Part shown: positions 45,892 to 54,109 of the stretch, piece after piece
Position numbering within the stretch: the first letter of the stretch is position 1
Layout of the letters: each line of letters opens with the position of its first letter
Sequence record: MT135025.1
Length of the DNA stretch: 64,000 nucleotides
Reading direction: 5' to 3' (one strand)
The notes under the pieces: model-generated
What the model saw: the letters and a program-made list of their open reading frames with translations, nothing else
Told to the model about the DNA's origin: nothing
The model's database searches: none
Position numbers and translations under genes: made by a program

Positions 45892-48265
45892 CAATGTATA
45901 GATAACCAATACCTTTCGATTTGTACTTGTCGCGCATCTCTTTAGCGACAATTGTGCGAACGGTATCTTTAGATTCCATGTAACGCAATGCAGCGTTCAT
46001 ATGGTCTTCAACGTTACGACCACCACTATCCGCAAACAACTTGTTACGTCCAATCTTACGTGTTATGACAGAACGAGTAACAATACCATCCGCATGGACT
46101 TCCTTCTTGTATATCTTACGAATGGTTGCAGGTAAGTCCTCGTAAACAGTTGACAACAGACTAGACATAACGTTCTCAAGTAGTTCCGCACGACGTTGCG
46201 TTGTACCGTCCATCGTAACCTTACCACTTTGAACAGCATCCCAAACCAAATGGTTATGACGCAGAACATAGTCCCAAGCCCAGTTCATGTGCACTTCCGT
46301 AACCTTGGGCATAGTAGGATTATCCATCACTGCAAGCAGAGCTGATACTTTCATTACCTTCAAGTTAGTACGTGTCCATGTTGCATTCCATGCGTGCGAT
46401 GTGTTCTGTTGGTTTACCATGTCCGTACAGTAGCGGGACAACGAGCGGAACTTCTCTGCAATGTCCGGTGGCAAAGCAATGGGCATAACATCCACATGGT
46501 TTACATCGCGTAACGCGGAGCTCATACAAAGCACAGCGTTAGTCATGTGGTCAATTAGTGCGGGACTAGGTCGCACACCCCTGTCAATGTTATCGTACGG
46601 TACATTACCATCAAACTCTGAGAAGATAAAGCGCGATACAAAACCATCACCAAACGCCTCTTCGTTTAAACAGTCATAGAACGTCTCTGGTACACACTCA
46701 CCGAGGAAGCTGTAAGCAACCGCATGGTTAATGTTAATCGTCTTTTCCATGTCTGTGTAACGAACACCACCTAGCACATCATAAGCACCAGACTTAGAGT
46801 ATGTTTCAACCATTAAGTCTCGCACAGTACGGGTAGAACCGTCAGGGTTTACCATTGCGCGGAAGTGATTACCAAACTCTGATAAAGCGTGCAAGAAAGA
46901 TGTATTCTCTTGGAACACTTTCATCATAGAGTTACGGTGTGTAAACGCTTCTGTGACCACAAACTTGCTTGCATCAATTACACCTTGCTCACGCTCCAGT
47001 AGACGCATAAACTCTTGAGGTGCTGCGGTTAACTGTGACTTACCTGTACCCGATGGTGCTAACACCATGAAGTAATTGTTAAGACCAGTTCCACTGATGT
47101 TGTACGCACGACCAAACAGACCTGAAGCAAGGGATAAAGCTTCTGCAATAGCAAACTCTTTAATCTGCTTCACACCTGTAGCGTAGAAGTGACGTGCAAG
47201 TTCACCCATCCATCCTGGAGGGTAGTTGAGCTTACCTTGGAGCGGTGGCATCTGGTACTTTGGCTCAGCGTTACCCGTTTGCGCGTTAATATTGCGCTTC
47301 GCGTGTAACTCTTTTGCGAGTTTAGCACCTTCCTCAGCGTGGGCTTTGCGTAGCTCTTCGTCTTTCATGTTCTCAGTCGCCGCTTGTTTAATAGCTAAGT
47401 GTAACAGACGGTCGCTTCCTACATGGTTGCGTTTCTCGTGCTGCTTCTTACGGTTGCCGGGATAGCGAAGCTCAAGATTAGCAAGCGCAGACATACGCCA
47501 CAAGCGTTTACACTGCTCAATGTTGCGTGTGTAGTACGTTACAATAGTCATAAACGCACTGTCAGCACGCGAGGCATCAAACACGTCAACACCGTGTGCA
47601 CCCTGCTGTTTCATAATCTCAAGGTACTTGTCCCAATCACCCGTCATAAGGCATTCAAACTTACCACTGTGGTCATATGCGTAAACCTCATTGAGTAGAT
47701 CAGTGTCACTCATCTTCTCAGGTTCATCAATGTCCGCAATGTTGTCTACCTTACGGGATTGCGAGATGTATTGGTTAAACTGGTCAATAAGACCTTGGTC
47801 GTAACGAATGTCGTATCCAAGAATAACATTACCCGTACAAATAATGAAACGTTCCTTGGAGTACAACTCAAGTCCACCACGCTTGTATGAACCGTCAATC
47901 TCACCACCAAACCATAAGTGATAACCCCCACCTGAGCGGGAAGCCTCGGTATAGGTTTCATAAGACTGTACAGCGTTCCACCATTGCTCAGTAGCTTCAA
48001 CGGATGTATCGTCGCCAATATCAATGTCCGCTACTGTAAACCCGTCACCCTGTGTAAGGACAAAGCCAAAGCCACGTTCGGGGTGCTGTGCAAGCAAGGG
48101 TAAAAGTTCTTCATAACTAATAAGCTTGTTGTGGTCGCTAGTTACCGAAATCGGGACGAACTTACCGTCCACATAAGCAAACGGAGCCTTAGCCATCCCG
48201 CCATCATGTTCTGTGCCTGTAAAGCACCAACGACGCAGTTTCTTCAACTGCCAAGGCATATCCAT
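45884..48265 (-). CDS. Primase-polymerase fused to a P-loop (DUF3987-like) domain
   Basis: VADID, YTEASRSGGGYHLW, LELYS..RFIICTG, SRADSA; APSGTGKS Walker A. Confidence 0.88.
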   Translation of the reverse strand: MDMPWQLKKLRRWCFTGTEHDGGMAKAPFAYVDGKFVPISVTSDHNKLISYEELLPLLAQHPERGFGFVLTQGDGFTVADIDIGDDTSVEATEQWWNAVQSYETYTEASRSGGGYHLWFGGEIDGSYKRGGLELYSKERFIICTGNVILGYDIRYDQGLIDQFNQYISQSRKVDNIADIDEPEKMSDTDLLNEVYAYDHSGKFECLMTGDWDKYLEIMKQQGAHGVDVFDASRADSAFMTIVTYYTRNIEQCKRLWRMSALANLELRYPGNRKKQHEKRNHVGSDRLLHLAIKQAATENMKDEELRKAHAEEGAKLAKELHAKRNINAQTGNAEPKYQMPPLQGKLNYPPGWMGELARHFYATGVKQIKEFAIAEALSLASGLFGRAYNISGTGLNNYFMVLAPSGTGKSQLTAAPQEFMRLLEREQGVIDASKFVVTEAFTHRNSMMKVFQENTSFLHALSEFGNHFRAMVNPDGSTRTVRDLMVETYSKSGAYDVLGGVRYTDMEKTININHAVAYSFLGECVPETFYDCLNEEAFGDGFVSRFIFSEFDGNVPYDNIDRGVRPSPALIDHMTNAVLCMSSALRDVNHVDVMPIALPPDIAEKFRSLSRYCTDMVNQQNTSHAWNATWTRTNLKVMKVSALLAVMDNPTMPKVTEVHMNWAWDYVLRHNHLVWDAVQSGKVTMDGTTQRRAELLENVMSSLLSTVYEDLPATIRKIYKKEVHADGIVTRSVITRKIGRNKLFADSGGRNVEDHMNAALRYMESKDTVRTIVAKEMRDKYKSKGIGYLYIGE

Positions 48266-48269
48266 TCAC

Positions 48270-48587
48270 TTAACCTCGCATCTTAATCCAAGCTTGAATG
48301 TACTCCATCATGTCGTCAGTACGTAACCAGTACCAAGAGTTGCCAATCTTAAACTTCGGATACTTACGAAGCTTGTTAGTAACGCTAACAGGGGTAACAT
48401 CAACCATCTGGCAAATGTCAGCAACGGAAATATACAGGGCGTTAAATAACTCCTGGCCATCATACTTCTCGCGGATGTATGTTAGCATGTCCGCTTCACT
48501 CATGCTCGGCAAAGCCATGTCAGTTGGGTTGCCACGTTCGAAAGGTTGTTCCGTTGTACCGACCACATTATTGTTTACAGCTACCAT
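48270..48587 (-). CDS. Small HTH DNA-binding protein
   Basis: YISVADICQMVDVTPVSV excisionase-like HTH. Confidence 0.6.
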   Translation of the reverse strand: MVAVNNNVVGTTEQPFERGNPTDMALPSMSEADMLTYIREKYDGQELFNALYISVADICQMVDVTPVSVTNKLRKYPKFKIGNSWYWLRTDDMMEYIQAWIKMRG

Positions 48588-48622
48588 TGTTTATTCCTCT
48601 TTGCGTTCAATGTATGCGGTTT

Positions 48623-48655
48623 ATTATAAGCGCATAGTTTTAGTTAACAAGACAA
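48623..48655 (-). promoter_or_regulatory. TTGTCTTG-N19-TATAAT promoter at the head of the minus-strand block
   Basis: Variant of the same motif. Confidence 0.6.
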
Positions 48656-48696
48656 CCCTGTGGTTTATTGTGACCACATTACTGTCAGCTATTTAT

Positions 48697-48860
48697 AATG
48701 TGCAGAGTATTGGTACTGCTGAATAACACTACTCTTTACAATGCACAGAGCACTGGCCTCGCAAGAACATGCGCTTTATTAATAAACCGCAGAGCACTTG
48801 CTTAGCAGTGCATGGGTACGCTTTATATATTATGTGCAGAGCACTGGTCACGCAAGACAA
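48697..48860. repeat. Four iteron-like direct repeats, candidate origin
   Basis: CAGAG[CT]A[CT]TG core at 48703, 48746, 48790 and 48837 (spacing 43, 44, 47), each preceded by an AT-rich stretch. Confidence 0.65.
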
Positions 48861-49147
48861 GGGTTGCTGAAGGGTAACTTAAATTGTGCTATATGGCTAA
48901 TAAGCAGAGTTTATGTTTATTGCTTTACTTTCTGTTGTTAATTTAGTTTGCTTTAGTTGCTGTCCATAGGGTTGTGCTTGCAGGTATATAAAGTTTGCGT
49001 AATTATATGCGTGTTGTTCGCGTAGTGGGAAATAGTTCTGTGCAAAAAAAACGCAATTGCTGCCCGAGTTGCGCCAGTGGATAACCCGTTTTTTGTGTGC
49101 AAAAACAGGGGGTTACAAGTAAGTGCTGCAATTGCGCAAAAAAACGA

Positions 49148-49270
49148 GGGGGGGGGTAAATCTAAGAATCTCAGGGCCTGACTTTGTGGCTACCAAAAAG
49201 CAATAACACTAGTAGGTAATAATAGCAGACTATAAGCAATTATATTCATATACAATGTGAGAGCGTTGAG
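49148..49270. other. Approximate junction between two phage genomes
   Basis: G9 run at 49148-49156; composition, codon use and promoter style change downstream; a second TerS/TerL follows. Confidence 0.7.
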
Positions 49271-49273
49271 CGT

Positions 49274-49583
49274 ATGAAGTTTGAAATGGCTAATCAGCTT
49301 AAAGATCTTGCAGAGCGTAAGCGTGCGAAGAAAGCGGGTGAAGAGCCAGACCGCGTTATCTTCTTCATTGAAGACCGAACATCCAATCGTCAGCACCCGC
49401 GTTAGCATCTGAGCCACCGCCGAAGTTGTACGCACCAGATTCAGTTTTCCATCCCTCTGCGATAGCAGTGATGTAAGCCGACTTATTGACGCACTAGGTC
49501 TAACTGTTGAAGATTTCCGTGCGGAAGTTAAAAACGCTGTAGACGTTGAAAACAATGAACAACAAGTAGATAAGGCTGCTTAA
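49274..49583 (+). pseudogene. Early gene apparently interrupted by a 108-bp inversion (49374-49481) plus a 1-nt offset
   Basis: N-terminal part MKFEMANQLK...VIFFIE and C-terminal part LIDALGL...DKAA are on +; the middle reads as 36 clean codons only on -. Confidence 0.55.
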
Positions 49584-49585
49584 AA

Positions 49586-49774
49586 ATGAAAGCTACCCAA
49601 AAAGTACATCGCACGTCTCAATTTCCTCAAGGTGGTTGGCGTGTCCGTGATAATACTATGTATTCGTCTTTTAAGCGTTCTAAACAAGCACGTAAGGCTG
49701 TCAAACGCTATAAGCAATGCAATGGTATATCTAATGCAACAAAAGCTCTTAGCGAGGCTTTGAGAGCGTTGTGA
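49586..49774 (+). CDS. Small basic early protein
   Basis: ORF in the chain of early genes. Confidence 0.5.
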   Translation: MKATQKVHRTSQFPQGGWRVRDNTMYSSFKRSKQARKAVKRYKQCNGISNATKALSEALRAL

Positions 49775-49904
49775 GCATTCGAGTAGTAAAACCGTGTGGT
49801 GGCGTAATTGTCATCACACGTAATCCAATTATGAATACTTGCGGTCAGATGACTGTATCTTACCAACGTAAATGGCACGTAGTAACTAATGGAGTTATAA
49901 CACT

Positions 49905-50216
49905 ATGAATCTTGAAAACTTAGCGGTAATGGCTGCAAACCATGCTTTAAATGAAATGCTCACTAAGCGTGGTTATTTCGACATCTGCACTTTGGATAAA
50001 GTGTTGAGAAACATGGGTATTCAAGCTCAATGTGGTAAAAGCTATGGTATCTTGAACTCTTTGCACTGCATGGATTACAAAGATATGCCAGATGAGTTAC
50101 GTCGTAGTATTCCAGTTCTACTACAAAATGTAGTTGGTATTGAATCAGAATGTTATGAAGCTGAACCTAAACCAGAGCCTAAGCCTAAACGCTTGTCTCT
50201 ATCATTCTTCAAATGA
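49905..50216 (+). CDS. Hypothetical protein
   Basis: GGAG RBS; YFDICTLD...LHC..Y..MP.EL. Confidence 0.65.
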   Translation: MNLENLAVMAANHALNEMLTKRGYFDICTLDKVLRNMGIQAQCGKSYGILNSLHCMDYKDMPDELRRSIPVLLQNVVGIESECYEAEPKPEPKPKRLSLSFFK

Positions 50217-50225
50217 GGTGTTATA

Positions 50226-50420
50226 ATGTTTTCTTTGTATGATTTAGTTTCTGTTAACAACCCAAAACTCAAAACATTTAACCAAGATGGTATTGTTATT
50301 GGTTTCGGCGTTAGTTCTAACAAAAAGATTAGGGTTAAAATGTTTAACGGTAGAACTCATACCTTTAAGCGTGAAAACCTAACTAAGACCAAGGTTTGGC
50401 GTATTTCTCACTACCTGTAA
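50226..50420 (+). CDS. Small SH3/KOW-like protein
   Basis: GAGG RBS; DLVSV...GIVIG...IRVK. Confidence 0.55.
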   Translation: MFSLYDLVSVNNPKLKTFNQDGIVIGFGVSSNKKIRVKMFNGRTHTFKRENLTKTKVWRISHYL

Positions 50421-50432
50421 GGGGATATTTCA

Positions 50433-50699
50433 ATGAATACAAACATGACACTGTATGAGTTGAACTCTCAATTCATCATAAAACACGCTATTAAGTCTTT
50501 GAAGACAACATATTTACAGTTGAATGACTTAAAAGTAGTTAAAATTGAGCCGTCAGTTGAAAAACAAGGCTTTTTCTGCGTCGCTCTTGGTCATATTGAA
50601 GCCAACAAGACGTATACTATCAATGTTTCCATGAAAAACAGCTTAGAACAGCTACTAAACAGCTTAAATCTGGCATTGGAAACACTCACAAACCGTTAA
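50433..50699 (+). CDS. Hypothetical protein
   Basis: RBS and operon context. Confidence 0.55.
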   Translation: MNTNMTLYELNSQFIIKHAIKSLKTTYLQLNDLKVVKIEPSVEKQGFFCVALGHIEANKTYTINVSMKNSLEQLLNSLNLALETLTNR

Positions 50700-50711
50700 G
50701 AGGGTAAAACA

Positions 50712-51185
50712 ATGCGCAAGTTCTTCTATCTATTCATAATCGTCTACGTTATCTTATCAATTTTCTTCACTTACAAGGCTGTAGCTGGTGAGAATGATGA
50801 AGTAAAGGTGATGTTTGCAGGTTTTTCGCATCATATTGGTGCGCCTGATTATGCAGACCATAACGAAAAGCACAATTTGGTAGGTATTTCGTACAATGAC
50901 ACTGAGATTTTCTTTATGAAGAACTCATTTCACAACGATTCTGTAGGGATTGCGCATAATTTTACTTATTCTTACAGCCAATACTTGGATTTTGGATTCC
51001 GTGTTGGTGCTGCAAGTGGCTATGATATTGATGGAATATACAATGTAGGCGGTATTGCACCGTTTGCACAGCCAAATGTGACGGTAAAATACAGTAATTT
51101 AGGGGTTGAGTTGGGATATTTACCTCAATTTAGCCATTCAACGCCGTATGGAGCGGTAACATTAACATTTAATTGGAGCTTATAG
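50712..51185 (+). CDS. Signal-peptide-bearing small beta-barrel outer-membrane protein (PagP-like family resemblance)
   Basis: Hydrophobic signal sequence; FSHH..NEKH..G, F.NSF, G.ASGY, alternating beta pattern ending TFNWSL. Confidence 0.6.
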   Translation: MRKFFYLFIIVYVILSIFFTYKAVAGENDEVKVMFAGFSHHIGAPDYADHNEKHNLVGISYNDTEIFFMKNSFHNDSVGIAHNFTYSYSQYLDFGFRVGAASGYDIDGIYNVGGIAPFAQPNVTVKYSNLGVELGYLPQFSHSTPYGAVTLTFNWSL

Positions 51186-51186
51186 C

Positions 51187-51402
51187 ATGAAAATTCAATA
51201 CCTCATCAAGTTTTTCGACATTCTTACGTGGTTTCTTAATCGTACTATCGAGAAAGATAACAACGAAATCAAGAAAAACCGTCAAAAACGCAAGGATTTA
51301 AAGACAGCTATGCGTAAACTGGATGAAGCTAACAAGCAGGTTTATAAAGACCGTCAGCTTGCTGAGCGCATCAAAGCTAATGTAGCTAAAATTACTGAAT
51401 AA
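51187..51402 (+). CDS. Small coiled-coil protein
   Basis: Basic helical ORF. Confidence 0.55.
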   Translation: MKIQYLIKFFDILTWFLNRTIEKDNNEIKKNRQKRKDLKTAMRKLDEANKQVYKDRQLAERIKANVAKITE

Positions 51403-51429
51403 TCCACCAACTAGCCACAGGACAATAAA

Positions 51430-52914
51430 ATGAAGATTGAAGATATTGTAATTGGTCAAGAATACCGTATCGTTCGTAAAGGTTTGGTAAATACTGGTCG
51501 TATTGGTCGTGCTGTAGGTAAGAATGGCTTCAAAGTCAAACTTCTAATGCACCACAACAATGCTGAGCTTACACTTAATGCCATGTCTGTTGAACCAGTT
51601 GAAAAAGGCGTGAAAGCTAAGAAACAAGTTGACGTTAACGAAAACCGTAAACCTGTTGACAATGAGCTTGTTAAGCCTAAGAAGAAACCAGCTAAGAAGT
51701 TCGTAGAACGTGATGTACTTATCGAACCTGCCGAAGATGCAGTGGTTCTAATTGAACAAAATGGTGCTGTGGTATCGGTATCAAGAAGAAACTTAGAGTT
51801 CTTTGATGACCGTTTGATGTCTCATGGACGTGATTTCACCAAAGAGTATATAGGCTTCATCCCTCGTGGTGCTAAGTTTAAGGTTAATAAGCCTGATAAC
51901 ATCATGGAATATCCCTTTTGGAATGATGACGACATGCAAGACGGCATGGAACTTACATTCAAAAATTGGCGTAATGACTTCGGCTCTACAATACTAACGA
52001 CTGAAGAAAACTTTGACATTCTAGCTAAATGGATTGACCGTACTACTCTGCACAAAATGGGTAAGGCTAAGGTTGAAGTTGACAACAATGGTAATGAAGT
52101 AATTCCACCATTGGAAGAACAAGCTCTTAAACGCATGGAAAAGGATGCTAAAGAAGCTAGCGGTCTTGCATTCGCTCTTTACTGGGATTACCGTGGCAAG
52201 CTTGAGTCTGGCACTCGTAACCATGCAGCATGTCACTACCACATGCGCTGTTTCGTTGATGGTGACAAGCGTAAAGATGCTAAGGCATTGTTTGCAGCCC
52301 AATTCATCACTGAACACTATTACGTCAATATAAAGAAAGAACTTGTTGACCGTTACCTAACTTGGGTAATGAATGACTCTCCGTGGTCTGATTACATTGT
52401 CACTAAAGATTTGGCTGAGGGTAAAGAGAAAGGTATCCGTGTTCGCACTGATATTCCAGCTAATGCAATGATGTGTACATTCTACGCTCTGCGTTATCCT
52501 ACTGAATACTGTGGAGTAATCACTCTGTGGGGACGTTATACGGACGAAGGCTTAGACCCTACTATTGCCTTCTATAAAGCTGAAACTCGTGGCTATGACC
52601 GTGACACGGCTTCTCACCACGGCTTGTTGGACACATTCTCAATGACATTGCAAGATGTGATTGATTTTGCCAACAAGAAACGTGGTAAGATTGTTGATGA
52701 AATCTATGGTGTTAAATACTTCAACTACAAGAACGTGTCTGTACACCACGGCTCATCTGTAAACCGAGATGTTAAGACTGCTCTTACTGAACTTAAAGAT
52801 AAGTTTAAGCCTAAGAAAGTCAAAGAAAAACACCCTGTTCTGGGCGAAATTGAGAAAGAAATCGCTGCAACAGAGCAAATCGACCAATTCCTAACTAGCA
52901 AACTGGAGAAATAA
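51430..52914 (+). CDS. Large hypothetical protein heading the amidoligase cluster
   Basis: 494 aa; KOW-like N-terminus; ACHYHMRC segment. Confidence 0.6.
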   Translation: MKIEDIVIGQEYRIVRKGLVNTGRIGRAVGKNGFKVKLLMHHNNAELTLNAMSVEPVEKGVKAKKQVDVNENRKPVDNELVKPKKKPAKKFVERDVLIEPAEDAVVLIEQNGAVVSVSRRNLEFFDDRLMSHGRDFTKEYIGFIPRGAKFKVNKPDNIMEYPFWNDDDMQDGMELTFKNWRNDFGSTILTTEENFDILAKWIDRTTLHKMGKAKVEVDNNGNEVIPPLEEQALKRMEKDAKEASGLAFALYWDYRGKLESGTRNHAACHYHMRCFVDGDKRKDAKALFAAQFITEHYYVNIKKELVDRYLTWVMNDSPWSDYIVTKDLAEGKEKGIRVRTDIPANAMMCTFYALRYPTEYCGVITLWGRYTDEGLDPTIAFYKAETRGYDRDTASHHGLLDTFSMTLQDVIDFANKKRGKIVDEIYGVKYFNYKNVSVHHGSSVNRDVKTALTELKDKFKPKKVKEKHPVLGEIEKEIAATEQIDQFLTSKLEK

Positions 52915-52915
52915 G

Positions 52916-53608
52916 ATGGACATGGATAAACTACCGCAAATTATGAAAGTTATGGTCGTGGGTTCTGGTATGAACCTCGACTACCATCGTATGCTTAACG
53001 ACATGGGTCACACAACAGTGGCTTGTCGTTATGTTGAGCAAATCCGTCCAATCTTGTACAAAGGTGATATTGATGTTGTATTATTTGTGGGTGGGGCTGA
53101 CGTTAATCCTGAGCTTTATGGTCATACGTTACATCCCACGTCCGGTATTTCTAAAGCCGAAGATGAGTTATACCAGCAAGCTTTCTGTCAAGCTCAAGAA
53201 TTTGATGAAATCAAGTTTGTGGGTATTTGCCGTGGTAGTCAGTTCTTGTGTGCTGCTAGCGGTGGGGTTCTTGTTCAACATTGTGATAATCACGCTGTGT
53301 TTAATGGGCATAGTGTTGAAACTAAGTGGGGTCACGAATTTAATGTCACATCGACGCACCACCAAATGCAAGACCCACGGGAAGTGGAACACGAACTAAT
53401 CGCTTGGACTAAGCGTACTACGTTCAAAGATTACCACATTGATGGTGAGACAGTTACCATTGAAACTCAGGCAGACCCCGATGAGCTGGATATTGAAGTT
53501 GTTTGGTATCCACATACTAAGTCGTTAGCTTTCCAGCCACATCCTGAATTTGCAGGAGCTGGTGAGACACTAGCATTGTTTAAACGTTGTTGGAATGAGT
53601 ACATGTAA
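52916..53608 (+). CDS. Class I glutamine amidotransferase / peptidase C26 (gamma-glutamyl hydrolase-like)
   Basis: GGADVNP.LYG, GICRGSQFL, STHHQM, QPHPE. Confidence 0.9.
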   Translation: MDMDKLPQIMKVMVVGSGMNLDYHRMLNDMGHTTVACRYVEQIRPILYKGDIDVVLFVGGADVNPELYGHTLHPTSGISKAEDELYQQAFCQAQEFDEIKFVGICRGSQFLCAASGGVLVQHCDNHAVFNGHSVETKWGHEFNVTSTHHQMQDPREVEHELIAWTKRTTFKDYHIDGETVTIETQADPDELDIEVVWYPHTKSLAFQPHPEFAGAGETLALFKRCWNEYM

Positions 53609-53811
53609 TGCAAAATGTAAGAATTGAACTAGAGGGTGGTTGCACTTTTGGTTGTGTAGCTGTAGGTGATGTGTTCCTTTACAACAATACCCCATACATC
53701 AAACTAAATAATGACCCATGCTTAAACTGTAAGAAGTTTGGTACTGTAGGAACTGGTACTATCTCTAAAAGCACTCGTGTTATTGTTCCTGAAGAAATTA
53801 TCATTAAATAA
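53608..53811 (+). CDS. Small hypothetical protein
   Basis: TAATG coupling; F..V.VGDVF. Confidence 0.55.
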   Translation: MQNVRIELEGGCTFGCVAVGDVFLYNNTPYIKLNNDPCLNCKKFGTVGTGTISKSTRVIVPEEIIIK

Positions 53812-54042
53812 GGCAGGTAGTTATGAAGCTGGATACAAGTTAGAAATGTAAATGATTACTGGGGTGGATTCCATGTTTATTTGTAGATATTTAATTAATT
53901 ACAGCTTTGTGTGTGATTGGATGAATTCTCCTTACCACCCCAGTGGTTATCCTTATTAGTATTAAGTAGTATTAATAAAAATAACTTAGTTATTAGCGAT
54001 AGCAAGGCTATCAATCTGTAAAACCATTCTCTTGTATGAGAC

Positions 54043-54072
54043 ATACTAACACAAAAAAGTGTCACTGTCAAG
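54043..54072 (-). promoter_or_regulatory. Leftward sigma70 promoter with a CTTGACAGTGAC box
   Basis: TTGACA-17-TAGTAT on the minus strand. Confidence 0.65.
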
Positions 54073-54109
54073 AGGTAAATCAATGAAAGTTAAGAAAAGG
54101 TATTAAATT

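Noticed and set aside
48697-48860. Regularly spaced repeats as a mini-CRISPR array
   Set aside because: The core is only ~10 bp, degenerate and non-palindromic, with AT-rich similar spacers; fits iterons better
49190-49555. 121-aa minus-strand ORF at the junction
   Set aside because: Runs against the early operon in a frame with unnatural composition; the informative minus frame is a different 36-codon piece
53895-54083. Minus-strand hydrophobic ORF as a confident toxin gene
   Set aside because: Its ATGs lie upstream of or within the predicted promoter and it has no RBS; kept only as part of a low-confidence finding
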